Part shown: piece after piece, positions 47,554-53,456 of the stretch
How positions within the stretch are numbered: the stretch's first letter is position 1
Layout: each line of letters opens with the position of its first letter
Source of the DNA: a virus
DNA length: 64,000 nucleotides
IMG/VR virus record: IMGVR_UViG_3300005563_000031
Location: 1-64,000 of that record
Direction: 5' to 3' (one strand)
Translations under genes and position numbers: made by a program
Notes under the pieces: generated by a model
The model's database searches: none
Told to the model about the DNA's origin: nothing
Seen by the model: the letters and a program-made list of their open reading frames with translations, nothing else

Positions 47554-47629
47554 TGGTGCTCAGTGATGGAGTTGAACCATCTATCTCCGCGTTACGAATG
47601 CGGCGCATCGCCGGCAATGCTTACCGAGC
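47554..47629 (-). tRNA. tRNA-Thr(CGU)
   Basis: loop TTCGTAA; CCA. Confidence 0.85.
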
Positions 47630-47743
47630 TTATCGGAATAAGAAGACTGTACCAAACATGCTCGCACCATCGGCAGCAAAACACCGCGCGCCATCCTCGT
47701 AGTCGTTTGCCGCACTGTCTGCAGTTCATGTTGGAATTATACA

Positions 47744-47818
47744 TGGAGCCCCACGTTGGACTTGCGCCAACCCTCGCTACTTACAAGGCAGCTACACCGC
47801 TATCTGTGTTTGTAGGGC
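47744..47818 (-). tRNA. tRNA-Thr(UGU)
   Basis: loop CTTGTAA; T loop CGCAAGT; CCA. Confidence 0.8.
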
Positions 47819-47883
47819 GAAAAGTACCGCCGAGCCCCTGTGCACACGCAGGTATTGGAAAGGCCCGGCGGATTTTGCAATTA

Positions 47884-47924
47884 GAACCAGACGCTGGCGC
47901 CTTTACTGGCCTTTCGGCCGGTTC
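47884..47924 (-). ncRNA. small three-way-junction RNA motif, copy 2
   Basis: 22-nt identity to 47038-47059 with a different third helix. Confidence 0.55.
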
Positions 47925-47943
47925 AATATGCATACTAACATGT

Positions 47944-48019
47944 TGGTGCCTCACCGACGAATTGCACGTCGCGCCTCATCTTTACCAAAGATGCGTTCCG
48001 CTCGCAGAACTTGAGAGGC
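47944..48019 (-). tRNA. tRNA-Thr(GGU)
   Basis: loop TTGGTAA; CCA. Confidence 0.8.
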
Positions 48020-48026
48020 AGTAAAT

Positions 48027-48100
48027 TGGCCTCCACGGTTGGACTCGAACCAACAACAGCAAGCCTTCGGAGGGCTCGCGCCGTATCCGACGGCGTGGAG
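48027..48100 (-). tRNA. tRNA-Arg(CCG)
   Basis: loop CTCCGAA; CCA. Confidence 0.75.
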
Positions 48101-48107
48101 TTTAAAG

Positions 48108-48181
48108 TGGCACCCCCGGTTGGACTCGAACCAACATATCTGCCGTTCGTAGCGGCGGATCCTTGTTCCGAAGGCAGGGGC
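48108..48181 (-). tRNA. tRNA-Arg(ACG)
   Basis: loop CTACGAA; CCA. Confidence 0.8.
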
Positions 48182-48440
48182 GTAGAAAACTGTCCGGCGG
48201 CAGTAGGCGCGAGTACGGCTTGCGCTTTCGCCGCGCACTTACCTTAAAGGCCTGCCGGTATGGCCGTTACACCGGTTTGTAAAGGGCTTGGTAGTAAAAT
48301 AAATGGTTTAGCGTGTCTGAACACAGGCGCTCGCACACTGCCACACCACCGGCCAATAACCACCCTTTGTTTAGGTAGTCAGTGACTTCGTTATTAAAGT
48401 ACTGCAAGTTTGTGTTACTTACTACGATGTATTTCAATGT

Positions 48441-48536
48441 TGGTACTCGATGTAGGATTTGAACCTAACCCGTTGCAGCCAGTCCGACCGCTCTCGCACG
48501 CTTATAAGGCGCACCCGCACACCAGTGCTATCGAGT
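48441..48536 (-). tRNA. tRNA with UAU anticodon (Ile) and very long variable region
   Basis: loop CTTATAA; ~27-nt variable region; TTCAAAT T loop; CCA. Confidence 0.7.
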
Positions 48537-48631
48537 ATTGCTCCTTTCCGAGGGGCGGCGGGCAGTGTAGTTAGCGACGCTACACTGAGTTGGGAGCTAC
48601 CCAACCAACCCCGCAGGCCCCTCGTACTTCT

Positions 48632-48711
48632 TTGTTGCGGTAGCTGGACTTGCACCAGCCTTAAATCGGCTTATGAAACCGTGGCGAAACTACCTTCGAC
48701 CATATACCGCA
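48632..48711 (-). tRNA. tRNA-Met/Ile2(CAU), no encoded CCA
   Basis: loop TTCATAA; 3' end reads ACAA. Confidence 0.65.
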
Positions 48712-48883
48712 AAATTGTGCCCGCTTCGCTTTTCATTTCGTGGCAACGGACTAACACGCGGTGGCACCTATCAGCTCCCTACATGCATGCAACGCATTTG
48801 GGCGGGGATGGAGGCAGGGGTTAGGGAATGCGCATGTCTAGAATACGCCAATACACCTAAAGCCGTACCAACACCCCCATACC

Positions 48884-48958
48884 TGGTAGCGGGAGAGGGA
48901 TTCGAACCCCCGACCTTCTGGTTATGAGCCAGACGAGCTACCTCTGCTCTATCCCGCA
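48884..48958 (-). tRNA. initiator-like tRNA-fMet(CAU)
   Basis: loop CTCATAA; 1:72 mismatch; canonical D and T loops; CCA. Confidence 0.9.
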
Positions 48959-49023
48959 TCAAACAATGCCGCGTTCCTCTTATATACCGGATACGCGGCC
49001 AACCCGGTATTGCAATTCGAGGA

Positions 49024-49098
49024 GGTGCTGTTGGGACTATCCTACAGGAGAACAAAGGACAGACCGGACTTATGGACGCTACGTGTCCCAACAGCACC
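49024..49098 (-). ncRNA. 75-nt element closed by a perfect 14-bp stem
   Basis: GGTGCTGTTGGGAC/GTCCCAACAGCACC. Confidence 0.5.
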
Positions 49099-49128
49099 GA
49101 CAACCGAACTATACAGCGAACTTTGAAT

Positions 49129-49203
49129 TGGTGCCTCGAGAAGTGCTCGCACCTTCGTATCTGGGTTTTCAGGCCAGCGCTACTCTGTCTCAGCTATCGA
49201 GGC
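49129..49203 (-). tRNA. tRNA-Phe(GAA)
   Basis: loop CTGAAAA; atypical T loop; CCA. Confidence 0.75.
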
Positions 49204-49209
49204 AAATAC

Positions 49210-49295
49210 TGGTCCTCACGGCTGGACTTGCACCAGCACGCCGGTTAAGGCACAGCGTTCTCAACACTGCGTGTCTGCTGTTTCACCACGCGAGG
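49210..49295 (-). tRNA. tRNA-Leu(GAG)
   Basis: loop TTGAGAA; variable arm; CCA. Confidence 0.8.
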
Positions 49296-49302
49296 AATAG
49301 TT

Positions 49303-49551
49303 TCAACGGATCGTTTCAATAGTCTTACCATCCTCGTTCATAATGTAGGCGACGTTGTAGGAACAGGACTGGTCCATTCCCACTGTTACCTCTGTAGTTT
49401 CACCCGGTGCGTCGCCGCACTGTATAACCGCGCACAAGTTTTCCTTGTACGTTACGTGGACGGCTTTCGCCTCACGCACTGATATCGCTTCTGTGTATGA
49501 GGGCTTAGCGGGCGCTTCTGGCCCGTACTTATAGAATTTTACTGTCAACAT
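49303..49551 (-). CDS. hypothetical protein within the tRNA array
   Basis: AGGA RBS; AYIMNEDGKTIETI C-terminus. Confidence 0.7.
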   Translation of the reverse strand: MLTVKFYKYGPEAPAKPSYTEAISVREAKAVHVTYKENLCAVIQCGDAPGETTEVTVGMDQSCSYNVAYIMNEDGKTIETIR

Positions 49552-49581
49552 AGTCTACTCGTCCTACTACTGCTAAGAAAC

Positions 49582-49665
49582 TGGTACCTCTGGTGAGAGT
49601 TGCACTCACACACCTTGCGGCGCCGGAATTTGAAGCCGGTGCGTCTGCTGTTCCGCCACAGAGGC
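49582..49665 (-). tRNA. tRNA-Leu(CAA)
   Basis: loop TTCAAAT; variable arm; CCA. Confidence 0.8.
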
Positions 49666-49671
49666 AAAAGT

Positions 49672-49748
49672 TGGTATCCCCGGCGGGAGTTGCACCCGCA
49701 GTTGAACGGATTTTAAGTCCGCTGTGTCTGCTATTCCACCACGAGGAT
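49672..49748 (-). tRNA. tRNA-Leu(UAA) lacking the long variable arm
   Basis: loop CTTAAAA; ~6-nt variable region; CCA. Confidence 0.8.
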
Positions 49749-49751
49749 GAA

Positions 49752-49823
49752 TGGGCACCCACGGTTGGAGTCGAACCAACGCTGGTAGCTTAGGAGGCCA
49801 CTTTCGTTCCGCCGACGTGGGTA
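49752..49823 (-). tRNA. tRNA-Arg(CCU)
   Basis: loop CTCCTAA; reduced D arm. Confidence 0.7.
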
Positions 49824-49985
49824 TCACAGATGAACAGTACCTGCGACTACGGTAATGGCGAGGATAAGGCAGATCAGCAGCACCGCAATGTGCAGCAGTG
49901 GGCCCGGTTTGCCTATCATCGACATGATCGTGATGATCGCAGCGGCGATCAAAAATACGAGAACGAGAATTGCAGCAGCACTCAT
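49824..49985 (-). CDS. small two-TM membrane protein within the tRNA array
   Basis: AAGGAG RBS; MSAAAILVLVFLIAAAII. Confidence 0.65.
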   Translation of the reverse strand: MSAAAILVLVFLIAAAIITIMSMIGKPGPLLHIAVLLICLILAITVVAGTVHL

Positions 49986-50043
49986 GTTGGAAACTCCTTT
50001 TCTAACACGGGTGGGCGGTAGCAAGTAACGCTCCCGACACAGC

Positions 50044-50116
50044 TGGCACCCTCGGTTGGAGTCGAACCAACAGTCTGCGGCTTAGAAGGCGCGCTACCGA
50101 TCCGGCCGGCGAGGGC
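50044..50116 (-). tRNA. tRNA-Arg(UCU)
   Basis: loop CTTCTAA; CCA. Confidence 0.75.
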
Positions 50117-50122
50117 GAAGGG

Positions 50123-50195
50123 TGGAGCGGAAAATGGGAGTCGAACCCATCAGCGGCGTCGTTGGCAACGATACCTCACACCATGTGCATCCGCA
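50123..50195 (-). tRNA. tRNA-Gly(GCC)
   Basis: loop TTGCCAA; U73-CCA. Confidence 0.8.
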
Positions 50196-50230
50196 TGTTC
50201 AGTTCTTTCGTCCGTCCCACTGTTGCATTA

Positions 50231-50319
50231 TGGGCAACCACCCGAGAGGATTTGCCGCTACCTCTGACATCTCCCACTTAAAGGAGGGAGCGCTCTGGTG
50301 CTCTGAGCTACGAGTGTTA
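50231..50319 (-). tRNA. non-canonical tRNA-Lys(UUU)-like RNA
   Basis: loop CTTTTAA on a lengthened stem; 11-nt T loop; bulged acceptor. Confidence 0.55.
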
Positions 50320-50342
50320 TCAACAGTCGCCACGAAAGAATT

Positions 50343-50418
50343 TGGTGCATGCTGTTGGATTCGAACCAACTGCCTCCCGGTTATCAGCCGGGTGCGCATC
50401 CGTATGTGCCTCGCATGC
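50343..50418 (-). tRNA. tRNA-Ile(GAU)
   Basis: loop CTGATAA; CCA. Confidence 0.88.
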
Positions 50419-50530
50419 GAAATAGATGTGGGTATTTGTCCGGCACCCACCGAGCCGTGCGGCTATTGCAGCGTAACCGCGACACCTCCAGCGCTTGCAT
50501 TGGCACTGGACCGGGCCGTTAAAGGTGTAG

Positions 50531-50624
50531 TGAAGTAGGATGTTTGGATTTGCACCAAGACCTCTGTTATTCCGCACGTCTGCGGATTCGACAGTGCTCT
50601 TCTATGACTGAGCTAACACCCTAC
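50531..50624 (-). ncRNA. tRNA-like RNA with the anticodon loop replaced by an extended hairpin
   Basis: 8-bp acceptor, GCTC/GAGC D arm, 4-bp T stem, TCCGCA-GACG-TGCGGA hairpin; ends TTCA. Confidence 0.6.
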
Positions 50625-50645
50625 ATATTCACTATACCTTGAAGT

Positions 50646-50720
50646 TGGTCGGAGTAGTAGGAATCGAACCTACCTTGTCGTGCTCCCAAAGCACGCGATC
50701 AGCCACTGACCCACACTCCG
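50646..50720 (-). tRNA. tRNA-Pro(UGG)
   Basis: loop TTTGGGA; C1-G72; CCA. Confidence 0.88.
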
Positions 50721-50777
50721 ATGGCGAGTGTCTCTCCGCTCCTGTCACGCCTGGATCGCCCGGCGTTCGGCATTGGC

Positions 50778-50855
50778 TGGTGCGGGTAGCAGGATTTGAA
50801 CCTACGGCCCCGTGCGCCCGAGGCACGTGCTCTGACCAGACTGAGCTATACCCAC
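50778..50855 (-). tRNA. tRNA-Pro(CGG)
   Basis: loop CTCGGGC; G1-C72; CCA. Confidence 0.8.
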
Positions 50856-50865
50856 ATGTTAGAAT

Positions 50866-50942
50866 TGGAGCACCCGGCCGGACTTGCACCGACGATTTTA
50901 ACGCTTTGCAGGCGCCTGCATTTGCTGCTCTGCCACGGGTGC
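50866..50942 (-). tRNA. tRNA-Cys(GCA)
   Basis: loop CTGCAAA; U73-CCA. Confidence 0.82.
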
Positions 50943-50946
50943 GTGT

Positions 50947-51020
50947 TGGAGGGTCGTAATGGAGTCGAACCATTTATGGAGTCCGGTCACAGCGGAGTCC
51001 GGCTACCGAGCCAACGGCCC
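50947..51020 (-). tRNA. tRNA-His(GUG)
   Basis: loop CTGTGAC; U73-CCA. Confidence 0.75.
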
Positions 51021-51116
51021 ATTGTTTGTGCCTTCCCGCGCACGGCTTGCGGCCGGTCGATCGCGTGGCGCGAGTCACGGCGCACTCCGAGGTGCGCTGG
51101 GCTTGATCGACAAAGT

Positions 51117-51204
51117 TGGTACCTCTGGAGGGAATTGCACCCCCATGCCGTTTTACGGGCGCTGCGGTCTGAACGCAGTGTGTCTTCTGTTTCACCACAG
51201 AGGC
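51117..51204 (-). tRNA. tRNA-Leu(CAG)
   Basis: loop TTCAGAC; variable arm; CCA. Confidence 0.82.
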
Positions 51205-51213
51205 AAAATGAGC

Positions 51214-51345
51214 ATTAGGACAGTGCGCTGGTGCCGCGTTGGCATTCGCGCAAACCTCCGTTAGACAGCGCTATCTAACATCATCGATCCTGCTTTATAC
51301 AGCTTGCATAGCCCCACTCGATATGGGACACGGCACTGTCCTAAT
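51214..51345 (-). ncRNA. 132-nt multi-branch element closed by a perfect 13-bp stem
   Basis: ATTAGGACAGTGC/GCACTGTCCTAAT fills the Glu-Leu spacer. Confidence 0.5.
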
Positions 51346-51346
51346 T

Positions 51347-51421
51347 TGGTAGACCGTACGGGATTCGAACCCGCCTAACATGCTTGAAAGGCACGTTGCA
51401 TCACCGAGACGCATACGGTCC
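51347..51421 (-). tRNA. tRNA-Glu(UUC)
   Basis: loop CTTTCAA; CCA. Confidence 0.8.
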
Positions 51422-51596
51422 GTAAAATTTAAGTGGCTCTGGCGCATAGGGGTACTCGTGTGAGGCGCATGCGCCACTGGCGGAGACAGGTACCTGGCAC
51501 GACTTACGCACCGTTGCTGCGTCGTAACCTGCGCTGGCTTGCCAGGCGAGAGCGGTCTGTGCGGCAGAGCTACTAAGTATACCGCACGACAAACAC

Positions 51597-51674
51597 TGGT
51601 AGACGTGACGAGACTCTAACTCGTTAGGCTACGGTTGAGAACCGCACTGCGCGAGACACTTTGCATTCACGTCC
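51597..51674 (-). tRNA. tRNA-Glu(CUC)
   Basis: loop TTCTCAA; T loop TTAGAGT; CCA. Confidence 0.75.
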
Positions 51675-51682
51675 ATAAAAAT

Positions 51683-51754
51683 TGGTGGAGCTGTCGGGAG
51701 TTGAACCCGCAGGGTTTCCTTGCAAGGGAGACCCGTTGCCCGCAACACAACCCC
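51683..51754 (-). tRNA. tRNA-Ala(UGC)
   Basis: G3.U70, A73-CCA, TGC in loop. Confidence 0.78.
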
Positions 51755-51856
51755 GTGGTTCTTTGGTCTAGCCCAACATCTGACGGCTGGGCAGGCGCAC
51801 ATAACAGCAACGTCACCGGTAATTAACTGCTACATGTTGATCGCTTTTCGACTTAC

Positions 51857-51932
51857 TGGTAGGCCGCCAGGGATTCGAACCCTGGACCAACTGGTTAAGA
51901 GCCAGCTGCTCTTGCCGCTGAGCTAGCGACCT
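51857..51932 (-). tRNA. tRNA-Lys(CUU)
   Basis: loop CTCTTAA; canonical; CCA. Confidence 0.92.
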
Positions 51933-52030
51933 ATAAAGTTACGCTTCCGGTCATCTGCGCCGAATATCCCGTGGGCTAGTACCCACATGCTACAGGACAT
52001 GGACGGGCGTACAGAGCCGGACTTGCGTTC

Positions 52031-52121
52031 TGGTGCGTCGCGGATGGAATCGAACCTCGTGCCCTAAAGGGACCTGGTTTACAGCCAGGCGAGCGGCCAC
52101 CACTCCTTACTTGCGCAACGC
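52031..52121 (-). tRNA. tRNA-Tyr(GUA), atypical core
   Basis: loop CTGTAAA; variable arm; 8-bp acceptor; CCA. Confidence 0.75.
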
Positions 52122-52126
52122 ATGGT

Positions 52127-52198
52127 TGGTACCCGATGTGAGGATTGAACTCACTCCACCAACTTTGTAGGAGTCGGCGCCGTCCCAACGGTCCGGGC
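52127..52198 (-). tRNA. tRNA-Val(UAC)
   Basis: loop CCTACAA (C33); CCA. Confidence 0.7.
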
Positions 52199-52432
52199 AT
52201 AAACAAAAAGGATGACAATAGGCGTGCATCAGACGCCTCGTTTTACGTCACGGCTCGCGCCGCTTGGCTAGCTGCTCGCAGGTGGTCCGTAGACCACCAT
52301 TTTCGTCACCGCTTCTACCAGCGGCTCCTCGAACGTCGTTAGGCCGACTACCCAGCCAATTCTCGTATCCTCAAAAATCGTTGACGACCTATTTTTTATC
52401 GTGGTCAGCCGTCAGTGTTTTCCAGTCCTTTT

Positions 52433-52504
52433 TGGCGCCTCCAACGGGACTCGAACCCGTCACCCACTCGATAGACAGTCGAGTTTCACCCCAGGTGTAG
52501 AGGC
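52433..52504 (-). tRNA. tRNA-Asp(GUC)
   Basis: loop CTGTCTA (U37); G73-CCA. Confidence 0.78.
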
Positions 52505-52508
52505 AGGT

Positions 52509-52607
52509 TCTAACACTTAGCTGTAGGCCTGGGGCTCGAACCCAGCGCATCTCCGTTAACAGCGGAGCCTACACGCCCGGTGCAGTTGCCTACAGCAAAG
52601 TGTTAGA
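52509..52607 (-). tRNA. tRNA-Asn(GUU)-like RNA with extended acceptor helix, no CCA
   Basis: loop CTGTTAA; TTCGAGC T loop; acceptor continues into TCTAACACTT/AAGTGTTAGA. Confidence 0.65.
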
Positions 52608-52609
52608 TT

Positions 52610-52683
52610 TGGAGCGGACGGTGGGAATCAAACCCACCTCATTGCGTTGGAAGCGCAAGGCCCAGTCACTAGACCACGCCCGC
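52610..52683 (-). tRNA. tRNA-Gly(UCC)
   Basis: loop CTTCCAA; U73-CCA. Confidence 0.88.
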
Positions 52684-52691
52684 TCAAACCT

Positions 52692-52717
52692 AAATGTCAA
52701 CCGAATTGTTAAAGAAC
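52692..52717 (-). promoter_or_regulatory. boxA antitermination element overlapping the leader arm of the long-range inverted repeat
   Basis: minus strand GTTCTTTAACAATTCGGTTGACATTT; rrn boxA consensus is TGCTCTTTAACA. Confidence 0.75.
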
Positions 52718-52801
52718 GTCCGGTGATTTAGTTTGGGGGTGTTGGAAGGAGAGCGGTTGCTTTCCTTTTTGGCCCCCGTCCTGCACCGGGGGCAGGAGGG
52801 A

Positions 52802-52930
52802 TTAGAGCTTGGTACCTTCGAGTCGGGGCGCTGTTGGCATAATATTCCAACTATCGCGCCCAAACGTCGCCGCGACGACACATTGCTGCGCCGGATAGGC
52901 TAGACGTGAAGGTACTAAGGATCTAAACAT
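52802..52930 (-). CDS. putative leaderless 42-aa leader peptide of the tRNA operon
   Basis: ATG follows the -10 by 6 nt; MFRSLVPSRLAYPAQQCVVAATFGRDSWNIMPTAPRLEGTKL*. Confidence 0.45.
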   Translation of the reverse strand: MFRSLVPSRLAYPAQQCVVAATFGRDSWNIMPTAPRLEGTKL

Positions 52931-52966
52931 GTCTATATACTAAATTCGATTCGATACACATTGCAA
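52929..52966 (-). promoter_or_regulatory. tRNA-operon promoter with operator over -10/+1
   Basis: TTGCAA-N18-TAGTAT; ATGTCTATATACTA at 52929-52942. Confidence 0.65.
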
Positions 52967-52974
52967 GTACTTTC

Positions 52975-53006
52975 GTAAAAATGCCGGGAGTGGTCAGCTC
53001 CCGGCG
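52975..53006 (-). terminator. probable intrinsic terminator upstream of the tRNA promoter
   Basis: GCCGGGAG/CTCCCGGC stem followed by ATTTTT on the minus strand. Confidence 0.55.
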
Positions 53007-53156
53007 AAAGTTACGGACGTATAGCGCAGTGGAAAACCTCGAGAACAACAACACCGAAACTCGAGGCCCATGGTCTGTGCGCGTCAACATCCGGCAGTCG
53101 ACACCTACAAGGGAGGTCGTAAGTGTTTTACCGACTGCATTACAACTATACGCGCG

Positions 53157-53456
53157 TCACCAGTAGTAAACGTGTGGCCGGCGGTAGCTCGGGAAATTAA
53201 GGCTGTCCGGATCGCGACCCAGCTCGATAAGCCGTTCAAGTTGATTTGACCGGATACGCGCGGGGCGAATGTGCATCGTGCGATTCCACTCGCCGGAGGG
53301 CTCGGTCATAATTTGCAAACGCTTGTTGGGGTGTTGCTCATAGCGATACACATCCGGACGATACCAACACGGACGGTAGTAGCCGTAAGCAATGAGAATA
53401 CGCACACGATGTGCACGTGCAACGCGCTGCTGCCAGCGCCGTAAGGATCGCTTCAT
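53157..53456 (-). CDS. Arg-rich hypothetical protein
   Basis: GGGAG RBS; 99 aa, basic, ends YYW. Confidence 0.65.
   Translation of the reverse strand: MKRSLRRWQQRVARAHRVRILIAYGYYRPCWYRPDVYRYEQHPNKRLQIMTEPSGEWNRTMHIRPARIRSNQLERLIELGRDPDSLNFPSYRRPHVYYW

Noticed and set aside
47591-47729. Small CxxC ORF (MNCRQCGKRL...) between Thr tRNAs
   Set aside because: Zn-finger-like, but the frame runs into the tRNA-Thr(CGU) anticodon loop and the RBS is weak; left uncalled.
48800-48880. Amber-suppressor-like loop (TT-CTA-GA) on the minus strand
   Set aside because: Weak stem, no T arm and no convincing acceptor or CCA.
45760-52900. Most ORF-track entries across the tRNA array (for example 47485-48024, 50122-50538, 50796-51218)
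   Set aside because: They are translations of tRNA complements with no RBS or protein-like features.
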